Positions 56,387 through 64,000 of a stretch of DNA of 64,000 nucleotides are shown here, piece by piece; the stretch's first letter is position 1, and each line of letters starts with the position of its first letter. The DNA is from an uncultured Lachnospiraceae bacterium (GTDB taxonomy: Bacteria > Bacillota > Clostridia > Lachnospirales > Lachnospiraceae), in contig CAJUDQ010000008.1 in assembly GCA_910585215.1 (NCBI GenBank), forward strand, positions 14,663 through 78,662, given 5' to 3'. Position numbers and translations under genes: made by a program. Below the pieces are notes generated by a model. The model was given only the letters and a program-made list of their open reading frames with translations. It was not told the origin of the DNA and made no database searches.

Positions 56387-57577
56387 TCAGTAAAAAACCT
56401 GATTCCCGATCACATCTCCTTTGACAATATTATTTACAGTTCTGAAATAAAGCCATTTTCCGGTACGCACTCCGTTGATTAAAACCTCCGTAGCCGCCTT
56501 TAAACAGCTTGGGTCAGGCTCCCTGGCCAGAGCGATAGCATATCTTCCGCTGCCCACAGGAGTAAACTGATATGGCTGCATAAGCACTTCCTCAATCGTA
56601 TTTCCATACTTTGGACTGGCTACTCTGTTCATAACAACCGTTCCAACTGCAAGCTGTCCCTCATACGGTTCACCGCCGGCCTCGCAGTAAATAATTGCCG
56701 CAAGCTTGGTTAAATCATCTGTCTGAGGAACATAATGAAAAGCAGTTGTTTCCTCCGGTTTCTGACCTGCATCGATTAATGCCTGCCGTCTCGAAGCCTC
56801 CTCTGATTCCCGAATGGATTCAGAAATACGCCTTGATTCCTCCCGCTTCAGTTCCTCAACAGAATCTTTCTGCTTTTTGATTTTTTCTTCGTATTCAAGC
56901 GCTTTCTGCTCCGCTGCACTGATTTGCTCCTGATGACGCTTGATATTGCTTGAGGCATCTGCCATAAGCTTAGATAAATCATTTATCACAGATTCCTGTT
57001 CGGATTTTAATGTGTTGAGATTCTTCATCTCTGTTTCTGCCTGATTTTTCATTACGGTGATGGTAAGAAGAAGATTTTCATAATCTTCCATTTTAGAACG
57101 GTCATATTCAAGAATTTTGCTGATATATTCCGCCTGATTTAAAATATCTCCCAATGAATTATCCGACATAATGACATTTGCAATATCCATATCGCCGGAT
57201 TCGTACATATACTGAATCCGAAGCTTCATGGCTTCATACTGGTCGAATTTCTGGCTTTCCGCCTCGACAAGCTTCTGATTGATTAAGTCTATGTCTGCCT
57301 GCTTGGATTCTATCTGTCCATTATATGTAGCAATTAACATCTGCGCGGCATCATGGCTCTGATTGAGAGAAGCAAGATAACTGCTTAAGTTTTCTTTGTT
57401 AACTTCAAGTTCATCTATTTTTTTTTGCATCTCCTCATACAAACTTTGCATTTCGTTTAACTGCTCTTCACCTGCCGCAATATCATCAGATAAATCATTA
57501 TCTGCATGAGCATTTATTATGACAAAAGCCATTATCAGAAAAGTAAAGATTACTGCAAAGAATTTTTGCTTTTTCAT
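56387..57577 (-). CDS. Secreted coiled-coil protein with a C-terminal SleB/CwlJ-type cell-wall hydrolase domain
   Basis: ATG 57577 (MKKQKFFAVIFTFLIMAFVI...) has GGAGGAA upstream. C-terminus: AAIIYCEAGGEPYEGQLAVGTVVMNRV. Confidence 0.75.
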   Translation of the reverse strand: MKKQKFFAVIFTFLIMAFVIINAHADNDLSDDIAAGEEQLNEMQSLYEEMQKKIDELEVNKENLSSYLASLNQSHDAAQMLIATYNGQIESKQADIDLINQKLVEAESQKFDQYEAMKLRIQYMYESGDMDIANVIMSDNSLGDILNQAEYISKILEYDRSKMEDYENLLLTITVMKNQAETEMKNLNTLKSEQESVINDLSKLMADASSNIKRHQEQISAAEQKALEYEEKIKKQKDSVEELKREESRRISESIRESEEASRRQALIDAGQKPEETTAFHYVPQTDDLTKLAAIIYCEAGGEPYEGQLAVGTVVMNRVASPKYGNTIEEVLMQPYQFTPVGSGRYAIALAREPDPSCLKAATEVLINGVRTGKWLYFRTVNNIVKGDVIGNQVFY

Positions 57578-57699
57578 AGGTTCCTCCATATTTTGGTTAT
57601 TTATCTGATTTCTGTCTACTTTAGTCGTAAGAGATTCAATACAAATATAAATCAACATCATTATACTATAATAATAAAAGAAAAAGCAATAAGAAAATA

Positions 57700-58086
57700 T
57701 TAGTAGCTACCTGCCTCAATCATTTCAACAGCCAATCTGTATTTTTCAGCCAATTCATTATTTTCCTCTTTTTCACATGCAGCTATTTCTATATTAACAG
57801 CCTCGAGAAGTCTTTCTTTTGATATAATCTTATACTCTCTTTCCAGTTCGCTGTCACCAGGATAACATTCGGGAAAAGTCCAATCAAAATAAAATTCTTT
57901 CTTTTTAGTGATTCCATATATCAATACTTCTATAGGCCCATAACAATATTTATAAATTATCTCCATATTTCCTTTACTATTATATTGAAAACATGGATCT
58001 TTATAAAAAAATTTTCCCATTTCGAATATTGGCATCAATTTCTGCTTTTTCACAAGTTCCTCCAAATAAATATTATATATTCTCAT
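57700..58086 (-). CDS. Hypothetical protein (128 aa), a possible extra immunity-type gene downstream of the toxin pair
   Basis: ORF only. AT-rich like its two upstream neighbours. Confidence 0.35.
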   Translation of the reverse strand: MRIYNIYLEELVKKQKLMPIFEMGKFFYKDPCFQYNSKGNMEIIYKYCYGPIEVLIYGITKKKEFYFDWTFPECYPGDSELEREYKIISKERLLEAVNIEIAACEKEENNELAEKYRLAVEMIEAGSY

Positions 58087-58284
58087 ATAACTTATGTTAA
58101 ATAATCTTTAGTGATAGCAAACTGGCTATATTTTAACATAAAAACAGATAAAAAATCAATAACAAAAATCTTCCTATACACAGACATATTTATGCACTTC
58201 CTAAATATGCACAAGTTATACATACAAAATCATCTACAGTATTTTGTATGTACAGAAACAGATTTTTGACAATGCTTTTGTATC

Positions 58285-58797
58285 TTAATATAATGGTTTT
58301 CCATATTTAATTGGTTTTCCATATTTCAGAATTTCTTCATTCAATTTCTTTAAATCATATTTTTTTCTTAATTCCAATATTTCATCTTCAATAAAAGAAT
58401 AGTTTATTCCAATTGCATTATCTTTATCTATAATATGTATTTCTTCTAATTTTCCTGTTTCATCATAAGAATAACTATCTGCATTTACATCATAAATTAA
58501 TATGGAAATACTGCTTATTTTCCCATTTTTATAATATTCAATACATAAACCATAGCCCCTATTATTTTTAATCTCATTTATTCTTTCCAATTCACCTGTA
58601 AAATCATAATACACTTTCTCAATTCCATTTTGTATTCCATTTACTATATCACATTCCCATGATAATTTACCATTAAAATAATCTTCAACATGACCTGTAT
58701 ATGGTATTGTACAATTTTCATCTATATAAAATGTTGAATTATTATTAATCTCTTTTCCATAATATAAGTCGTTACAATTCATCTTAATCTGATTCAT
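58285..58797 (-). CDS. YwqK-family (MORN-variant repeat) antitoxin/immunity protein
   Basis: 170 aa. Repeats of the G....YY.NGK type (GIEKVYYDFTGEL, CIEYYKNGKISS). Overlaps the toxin stop by 14 nt. Confidence 0.6.
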   Translation of the reverse strand: MNQIKMNCNDLYYGKEINNNSTFYIDENCTIPYTGHVEDYFNGKLSWECDIVNGIQNGIEKVYYDFTGELERINEIKNNRGYGLCIEYYKNGKISSISILIYDVNADSYSYDETGKLEEIHIIDKDNAIGINYSFIEDEILELRKKYDLKKLNEEILKYGKPIKYGKPLY

Positions 58798-59794
58798 CTC
58801 CTAATACTTTTATTCCGTCTGTTATCCTTTTACAATTTTCACATCTTTTCTTAAAATTAATTTCACCAGCTCTATATAATTGGCGTAAATCAATATTATG
58901 AAGATACATCTCTGAAATAGTACGTTCATCAACTGATTTTCCTGAGGCTTCTCTTTTCCTCAGTGCCTGGTCCAAGGCTCTGATTTCAGAATGAGCCGCC
59001 AGTCTTATATCACGTGAACCCGTTAAATCTGGTACTTCTCCTCTATCAATAGCACTTTGATATTCTTCTGTCCGTGTTTGAATAATTGGATGTGCCTCTT
59101 CGCGTAACCATTTCTGATAAGCTCTATATTCTGTCGCATTTCCACTTTGAAAATTTTGACCAAAATAAATCTGATTTAATACTGGATCATATACTGTTGA
59201 TAAACATGGACCTGCTTTTGTTCTTGATTGCTTTTCTCTAATCTCTTTTGCTTTTTCGCTTGCCTGTTCAACAACATACTGCCTTAATTCTTCTTCACTG
59301 AAAAATCGCGTAGCTCCGCCACAACATTGTATGGGAGAATTGTTTAATCCCATTGAGACCGTATAACAACTATTCCATCCAGACATTTTAACACCTTCAA
59401 ATCCCCTATCAGCCTCAGCCTCTTTCCCTTTCTCGTTATTCACGATTCCATCTACATTCGCTGTAACTTCATTTTTTGTCTGCTGAATGGTATGTCTCAT
59501 TTCATGCTTTAAAATTCTTCTTCCCTCTGCTGTTTCCGGCTGATATTGACCTCTTGGAAAATGAATTTCATTTCCCTGTGTAGCCGCCCTTGCGCCAAAT
59601 AAATCCGGCATATCTGATTCGACAACGCGGATATTCGCGCTACTGTATCCTGTTTTCTGCTCAAATTCCTGCGCGATTGGGCGGGGAATTAACTTTGGAA
59701 CTGCATTTCTTCTTTTGCTCTGCTTTACCTGATTTTGAAGAAAATTTTTTCTCTCACTTCTATTTTTTTTCTGTTGTTTTGCATACTCACCCAT
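58784..59794 (-). CDS. Polymorphic toxin: N-terminal DUF4157 (zincin-like) domain plus a C-terminal YwqJ-like nucleotide deaminase domain
   Basis: 336 aa. DUF4157 part: FGARAATQGNEIHFPRGQYQPETAEGRRILKHEMRHTIQQ. Deaminase-like motifs: AAHSEIRALDQAL (H-x-E) and KKRCENCKRI (CxxC). Confidence 0.65.
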   Translation of the reverse strand: MGEYAKQQKKNRSERKNFLQNQVKQSKRRNAVPKLIPRPIAQEFEQKTGYSSANIRVVESDMPDLFGARAATQGNEIHFPRGQYQPETAEGRRILKHEMRHTIQQTKNEVTANVDGIVNNEKGKEAEADRGFEGVKMSGWNSCYTVSMGLNNSPIQCCGGATRFFSEEELRQYVVEQASEKAKEIREKQSRTKAGPCLSTVYDPVLNQIYFGQNFQSGNATEYRAYQKWLREEAHPIIQTRTEEYQSAIDRGEVPDLTGSRDIRLAAHSEIRALDQALRKREASGKSVDERTISEMYLHNIDLRQLYRAGEINFKKRCENCKRITDGIKVLGDESD

Positions 59795-60160
59795 TTAACT
59801 CTCCATTAACATCCACTGATAAATTGATTTTTCCTCAAAAAAAATTATCAAAAGTCCCTTTTTCATTTGCTCTGCCTGTTTATAGATATTCAGCCAATTG
59901 TTATATGTCTCTAACAATTCTTCTATCGAAATGTCATAAATAATATCTCGATTCATATATAATCTGGGCAGCTTGTTTTTTACATAACCTTCCACATCGT
60001 CCGGATGCACATCATGAATATTCCAAAAACATATTCCCCATTTTTCCATAAAACACCTGTCTTTTTCCACTGAATTGTTGGAATTTAGCATAACATTACA
60101 GAAGAACTTTGTCAAGCCTGTCAATTTGAATAAAACAGAACCATGCAGCTTTTCCAGCAA
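59795..60160 (-). CDS. Hypothetical protein abutting the toxin start
   Basis: 121-aa ORF whose stop codon directly abuts the toxin start codon. The start codon is uncertain. Confidence 0.3.
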   Translation of the reverse strand: MLEKLHGSVLFKLTGLTKFFCNVMLNSNNSVEKDRCFMEKWGICFWNIHDVHPDDVEGYVKNKLPRLYMNRDIIYDISIEELLETYNNWLNIYKQAEQMKKGLLIIFFEEKSIYQWMLMES

Positions 60161-60231
60161 AAAAAGATTGCAGATATTATAGTTACCTGCAATCCTTCTA
60201 TTAGAAAAGTCATCAACACAGCATAACGATT

Positions 60232-61704
60232 TTATTTTTCATTCAAATTCTTCAGCACTGATAATGCCTCACTGTCTGATTCCTTTGCTATATCAATCAA
60301 TTTGCACACTTCATCACGTACTGATTTATCTGCAAGCTTTTTCAACATCCCTTCCATATCAGACATATCTCCAAATAATGCCTGCATCTGTTCTACAGTT
60401 TTTGCGCATTTTGTAAATGCATCCGCAATTTTGTTAGACTTCTCTTTATTTGTCTCACCTGTTTCTGCCAGTTTTCTGAAAAACTTCGCTGCATTTATAC
60501 GTCCGTCTGTAATGCATGTCATAGCATCCATCTGGCATAACATTTTTTCAAATAATACAAACAGATTATCGCTAACCATAAAATCGCTGTCTTTTTTTAA
60601 TGCGCTTTTCCATGCATCATATGCTGCAATTCCTTTGCAATAGCCATATTCTTTCCTGCCAATAAGTATTTTTATAGCATTGGATATAATTTCCGCATTG
60701 GAAATTTTTTCTCCCTTAATGGCGCCCATACACATAACTGCCTGTGTATCTGTATTTTCCCACCAATTGTTGCACACAAAATATCCAGACTCATCAATCT
60801 CAATATTTGCTGCAAATTCCGGGTCATTTTGGAAAAAATTCCACCCTAACAATTCTTCCCCGTTCTTTCGATATCCGGTAATAATACATGGTTCCGGTGG
60901 TCCTATAATTCCTAATGCAATACAGGGATAGCCTTCATCAATATGCGTCTTAATAAAGTTCACAAATTCTTCTTTTGTCGTGTCCTTCTCTCTTCCCTGA
61001 AAAGAAAATTCCCTGCCTAGTGCTTTTGCAGCAAATCCATATATTTCATTCGTTTCTTCCAAGGTATGAAATATATCTACATTACTCAAATCCCAACACT
61101 GTGTATTCCACACCAGACGAAATGCTGCCGCGCTTGAAACCATAGTGAAATAATACTCCAAGTCTTCACCCAGATATTCCGAGCATGACTTTAAGCAGAT
61201 TGGATACGGCGTACCTCCGCCATACACCCCATATGCAACCTTTGGCACACCATACAAAACGGTGCTTTCATTACTTTTGTACACATTCTTGTCCATAAAA
61301 ATATCGCTCCTTCGCTCTTTTTTTTCAAGGAGTCCGATACCGTACACACCTACTGAAAGCTCTTCTTTTCCAATGATTGGTCTGATATTTCGGAATGTAC
61401 TTGGCGTCATATTTACAATCTTGTGAAAAGCTCTTGTGTAAGTTTCCGGATTAGAAAATCCATACAAATACGCAATCTCCAAAATCGACATATCCGTATA
61501 AAGCAGCTCATATGCGGAACATTTAATCTTGCGCATTCTAATATACTTAACCAAGGAACACCCGGTATTCCTGCCAAAAAGTTCCCTGATATACGCATTT
61601 GAAAAGCCTATACGCCTTTCCAATTCATTATAATTAAATTTCTCATCCTTTATATGCGCCTCAATATAACATATAACAGCTTTTACAGCTGATGGGTAAC
61701 TCAT
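60232..61704 (-). CDS. AraC-family regulator (N-terminal HTH) with a large uncharacterised C-terminal domain
   Basis: 490 aa. YIRELFGRNTGCSLVKYIRMRKIKCSAYELLYTDMSILEIAYLYGFSNPETYTRAFHKIVNMTPSTFR. Confidence 0.7.
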   Translation of the reverse strand: MSYPSAVKAVICYIEAHIKDEKFNYNELERRIGFSNAYIRELFGRNTGCSLVKYIRMRKIKCSAYELLYTDMSILEIAYLYGFSNPETYTRAFHKIVNMTPSTFRNIRPIIGKEELSVGVYGIGLLEKKERRSDIFMDKNVYKSNESTVLYGVPKVAYGVYGGGTPYPICLKSCSEYLGEDLEYYFTMVSSAAAFRLVWNTQCWDLSNVDIFHTLEETNEIYGFAAKALGREFSFQGREKDTTKEEFVNFIKTHIDEGYPCIALGIIGPPEPCIITGYRKNGEELLGWNFFQNDPEFAANIEIDESGYFVCNNWWENTDTQAVMCMGAIKGEKISNAEIISNAIKILIGRKEYGYCKGIAAYDAWKSALKKDSDFMVSDNLFVLFEKMLCQMDAMTCITDGRINAAKFFRKLAETGETNKEKSNKIADAFTKCAKTVEQMQALFGDMSDMEGMLKKLADKSVRDEVCKLIDIAKESDSEALSVLKNLNEK

Positions 61705-61815
61705 ATCAAAACTCCTCTTTCATCGCGATGTGAGTTTATTATATCTTTTATGGCTTTATCTGTCTTGACTTTTTTAAGGTTGTTTAAAACTTTATATTTT
61801 TATTTTTTACTCAAT

Positions 61816-62931
61816 TTAATTGCTTTCTTTTTTATACTTCTCTGCCTGTTCTTTGATTAACTCCATATCATCAAAATAATTAATCTTCATGGCCGCCTTC
61901 ACTTCCGCCAGTGTCTGTGCAGCTACCTCTTTTGCCGCCTCGCTTCCCTTTTTCAAAATCTCATAAACTCTTGGAATATCCGCTTCATATTCCTTTCTTC
62001 TTGCGCGAATCGGCTCTAATTCTTCTTCCAAAATACGAATTAAAAATTTCTTTACTTTGACATCTCCAAGCCCGCCTCTTTGATAATGTTCCTTTAATTC
62101 CGAAAGTCCTGCATAATCAGGCAGATATTTCTCAAAATGCTCCGGCCTGCTGAATGCATCCAGATAAGTAAATACGGTATTTCCTTCAATATGTCCAGGG
62201 TCGCTGACCTGAATATGAGTCGGGTCCGTATACATGTTCATAACCTTCTTTTTTACTTCTTCCGCAGTATCTGCCAGATAAATACAATTTCCAAGAGACT
62301 TGCTCATCTTTGCTTTTCCGTCTGTACCCGGAAGACGTAAACATGCCTCATTTTGAGAAATAAATGCTTCTGGTTCCACAAGCACCTCCTCATAGACAGA
62401 ATTAAATTTTCTCACAATCTCCCTTGCCTGCTCTATCATGGGAAGCTGGTCTTCCCCCACCGGTACGGTGGTCGCTTTAAACGCAGTAATATCCGATGCC
62501 TGACTAATTGGATAAGTAAAAAATCCTACCGGAATACTTGCTTCAAAATTTCGCATCTGAATCTCGGATTTTACGGTAGGATTTCGCTGCAATCTCGCCA
62601 CTGTCACAAGGTCCATATAATAAAAGGTCAATTCTGTCAGCTCTGGAATCTGCGACTGAATAAACATGGTAGACTTTTCAGGGTCCAGTCCGCAGGATAA
62701 ATAGTCAAGCGCTACCTCTATAATATTTTGACGGACCTTTTCAGGAGTTTCTATATTGTCCGTCAAAGCCTGCGCATCCGCAATCATAATATATATTTTA
62801 TCATATTCTCCTGAATTTTGAAGCTCCACCCTCCATTTTAAAGAACCCACATAATGTCCTATATGAAGCCTTCCTGTCGGTCTGTCTCCCGTTAAAATAA
62901 TCTTTCCCAATTTCTTTTCCTCCATATTCAC
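61816..62931 (-). CDS. trpS: Tryptophan--tRNA ligase
   Basis: HIGH motif: [15 protein letters not shown] motif: AKMSKSLGN. The start is uncertain. Candidates are GTG 62931, ATG 62925, or TTG 62910, which lies 8 nt after GGAGG. Confidence 0.8.
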   Translation of the reverse strand: MNMEEKKLGKIILTGDRPTGRLHIGHYVGSLKWRVELQNSGEYDKIYIMIADAQALTDNIETPEKVRQNIIEVALDYLSCGLDPEKSTMFIQSQIPELTELTFYYMDLVTVARLQRNPTVKSEIQMRNFEASIPVGFFTYPISQASDITAFKATTVPVGEDQLPMIEQAREIVRKFNSVYEEVLVEPEAFISQNEACLRLPGTDGKAKMSKSLGNCIYLADTAEEVKKKVMNMYTDPTHIQVSDPGHIEGNTVFTYLDAFSRPEHFEKYLPDYAGLSELKEHYQRGGLGDVKVKKFLIRILEEELEPIRARRKEYEADIPRVYEILKKGSEAAKEVAAQTLAEVKAAMKINYFDDMELIKEQAEKYKKESN

Positions 62932-62985
62932 GATGCCGTTTTTTCATGATTTTGAATCATATAATAAGATTGCTGTAAGCATCGT
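62930..62985 (-). promoter_or_regulatory. Hairpin element copy 2, whose 3' arm ends at the trpS start region
   Basis: ACGATGC (62985-62979) pairs with GCATCGT (62936-62930). It is a near-duplicate of the terminator hairpin at 63042-63101 but has no U-tract. Confidence 0.4.
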
Positions 62986-63031
62986 TTATAATAACAGCCA
63001 ATTTAAACCTGAATAAACTGTTTAAACAAAT

Positions 63032-63101
63032 CCAAAAAAACACGATGCCTTTTTGCCTTTATGATTATAAGTCATACGCATAAAATTGCTGCAAGCATCG
63101 T
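63032..63101 (-). terminator. Long hairpin plus U7: terminator after the tRNA-like gene, or an attenuator ahead of trpS
   Basis: Minus strand reads ACGATGCTTGC...GGCAAAAAGGCATCGT followed by GTTTTTTTGG. Confidence 0.6.
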
Positions 63102-63105
63102 TTTA

Positions 63106-63250
63106 TGGTGATGGCAGGATTCGAACCTGCACATGGTTTTCCGGTAAATCCAAATAATTTGCTGTTATGGTTATTATCATAACCATCAAGAGTAATCAGC
63201 CAAAGGTTGATTACATTGTTTACTGCGTCTTCCAGTTCCGCCACATCACC
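63106..63250 (-). ncRNA. tRNA-Leu-like RNA gene of 145 nt with a non-canonical, expanded anticodon region
   Basis: Minus strand reads GGTGATG-TG-GCGGAACTGGAAGACGC-A-GTAAA[~70 nt]TTTAC-CGGAAAACCATGT-GCAGG-TTCGAAT-CCTGC-CATCACC-A. It has a perfect 7-bp acceptor stem, a Leu-type D arm and a canonical T arm. CCA is not encoded. Confidence 0.55.
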
Positions 63251-63257
63251 AAAATTT

Positions 63258-63286
63258 AGCATAGCATTATCAAAAGATTTTGTCAA
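63258..63286 (-). promoter_or_regulatory. Strong sigma70-like promoter for the tRNA-like gene (TTGACA-17-TATGCT)
   Basis: Minus strand reads TTGACAaaatcttttgataatgcTATGCTaaatttt, followed directly by GGTGATG. Confidence 0.6.
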
Positions 63287-63342
63287 GTATCTATTATTTT
63301 TCGAGATAAATATTCTGTCAGTAAAAGTTTTTTATTTCTCTC

Positions 63343-63371
63343 TTGACTTTATTGCAAAAATGAATTATGAT
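63343..63371 (+). promoter_or_regulatory. Sigma70-like promoter for ssrA (TTGACT-17-TATGAT)
   Basis: TTGACTttattgcaaaaatgaatTATGAT, 23 nt before the mature tmRNA 5' end. Confidence 0.6.
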
Positions 63372-63394
63372 AAAAAAACCGCAAGGTATCTTAC

Positions 63395-63730
63395 GGGGTA
63401 GTAAAGGTTTCGACAGGGACTATGCAGCCGGTGAAGCTATTCGCATGCGATGCGTTAAATGGCAAAATTAAATATAAACGCTGAAGACAATTTAGCTTAC
63501 GCTGCCTAAAGGCAGCTGTCTTATCTGTGTGACCTGCCACACAGACTAAGGCATCGACTCTGCAGGAAACGACATATACTAAGCTTTGCGTATATGGGCG
63601 TATTATGAAGCTACTGAAGCTGTCAGGATGTTAGTTTTCGGACAGTGGAGGGAATGTTAAAAAACTGACTATAATAGTAGAAGAACGGGGAATTGGTTTT
63701 TGGACACGAGTTCGACTCTCGTCTACTCCA
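63395..63730 (+). ncRNA. ssrA: tmRNA (SsrA)
   Basis: The 5' GGGGTAG pairs with the 3' CTACTCC (G3:U), followed by discriminator A. T-arm: GGACACGAGTTCGACTCTCGTC. The tag reading frame GCT GAA GAC AAT TTA GCT TAC GCT GCC TAA (63480-63509) encodes AEDNLAYAA. Confidence 0.9.
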
Positions 63731-63744
63731 TATTTAAAATGTAA

Positions 63745-63797
63745 AAAGAGTATTTGTAAAGTCTGCTTATAAAACTTTATAAATACTCTTTGTTTTT
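63745..63797. terminator. Bidirectional intrinsic terminator between ssrA and asnB
   Basis: AAAGAGTATTTGTAAAGT-loop-ACTTTATAAATACTCTTT followed by GTTTTT. An A-run on the other side serves the minus strand. Confidence 0.65.
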
Positions 63798-63825
63798 ATC
63801 AATATATCCCTCTGTTTTTTATATT

Positions 63826-64000
63826 TTACGCCGGAACGGTTACTTTCTCCGCTTCCATATAAATTTCATGCCAGATTAAAAACACATAAACAGCCCATAT
63901 TTTTCTGCTGTTATCTGCTTTCCCTTCTCTATGTTCCTCCATAAGTTTTTTAAGCGCATTCGTATCAAAATATTTTTTTGCTGTCTCCCCTGTCAGCTTA
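63826..64000 (-). CDS. asnB: Asparagine synthase (glutamine-hydrolysing), C-terminal end only; the gene continues off the window
   Basis: Minus-strand translation: ...LTGETAKKYFDTNALKKLMEEHREGKADNSRKIWAVYVFLIWHEIYMEAEKVTVPA*, a typical AsnB C-terminus. Confidence 0.6.
   Translation of the reverse strand, partial: KLTGETAKKYFDTNALKKLMEEHREGKADNSRKIWAVYVFLIWHEIYMEAEKVTVPA

Noticed and set aside
62932-63105. Expected Trp T-box leader upstream of trpS
   Set aside because: I could not find the T-box consensus (..GGGTGGTACCGCG..), a specifier loop or Stem I features by eye. Only the duplicated hairpin element is present. A covariance-model scan is needed to be sure.
63065-63286. 73-aa minus-strand ORF (MTKSFDNAMLNFGDVAELEDAV...)
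   Set aside because: It coincides exactly with the tRNA-like gene, its promoter and its terminator. The translation has no protein-like features.
63395-63830. ssrA 3' end as an integration site for a mobile element
   Set aside because: There is no integrase and no duplicated tmRNA 3' end downstream. ssrA is followed directly by a terminator and asnB.

Overview
The window looks like it comes from a low-GC, spore-forming anaerobic Firmicute, probably a Clostridia or Lachnospiraceae-like gut organism. I infer this from gene content only: Coat-F and SleB-type sporulation genes, [FeFe]-hydrogenase-like sensors, a ZTP riboswitch, a GH42 beta-galactosidase and a dockerin-bearing M60 peptidase. Nearly all genes are on the minus strand.

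**Accessory island (about 2.7-17.1 kb).** This stretch is visibly AT-rich and sits between a GntR regulator gene and purine genes. It is built from stacked cargo modules separated by copies of the same 'module head'. Each head carries a sigma70-like promoter, the 5' end of a small 112-aa gene, and decayed large-serine-recombinase fragments. Reading right to left, the cargo is:
- a BcgI-like fused endonuclease-methyltransferase with a half-size S subunit;
- a tightly coupled four-gene operon of a dTMP-kinase-like P-loop kinase, a B12-domain (class B) radical SAM enzyme, a family-4-UDG-like protein with an altered active-site loop, and a 3-TM membrane protein. I do not recognise this as any described system, and it is my top candidate for something new;
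- a 941-aa protein with an unknown ~520-aa N-terminus fused to a RecD/Dda-like SF1 helicase;
- an IS3-type transposase tail and a decayed gene;
- a GmrSD-like DUF262/DUF1524 type IV restriction gene, separated from a DUF4268 ORF only by an A_AAA_AAC slippery heptamer;
- more decayed ORFs, including a frameshifted PD-(D/E)XK nuclease gene.

**Core-like remainder.** This holds:
- a ZTP riboswitch controlling purO-purH(AICARFT);
- two paralogous hydrogenase-like/MCP sensor genes flanking GH42 and Coat-F genes;
- two adjacent ankyrin-repeat genes;
- TetR plus DUF4180;
- aspartate kinase;
- a 1762-aa dockerin-bearing M60-like peptidase next to a cohesin-like membrane-anchored protein;
- a phosphatidylserine/phosphatidylethanolamine synthesis operon;
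- PPK2, RsmF-like, YgjP-like, DUF305 and AlkD-like genes;
- carAB and a Fic gene;
- an SleB-like hydrolase;
- a DUF4157/YwqJ-like deaminase toxin with YwqK-type immunity;
- an AraC-type regulator and trpS;
- an odd 145-nt tRNA-Leu-like gene with its own promoter and terminator;
- tmRNA and the 3' end of asnB.

I found no rRNA genes and no CRISPR array. All calls come from reading the sequence and ORF translations by eye. No database search was run.
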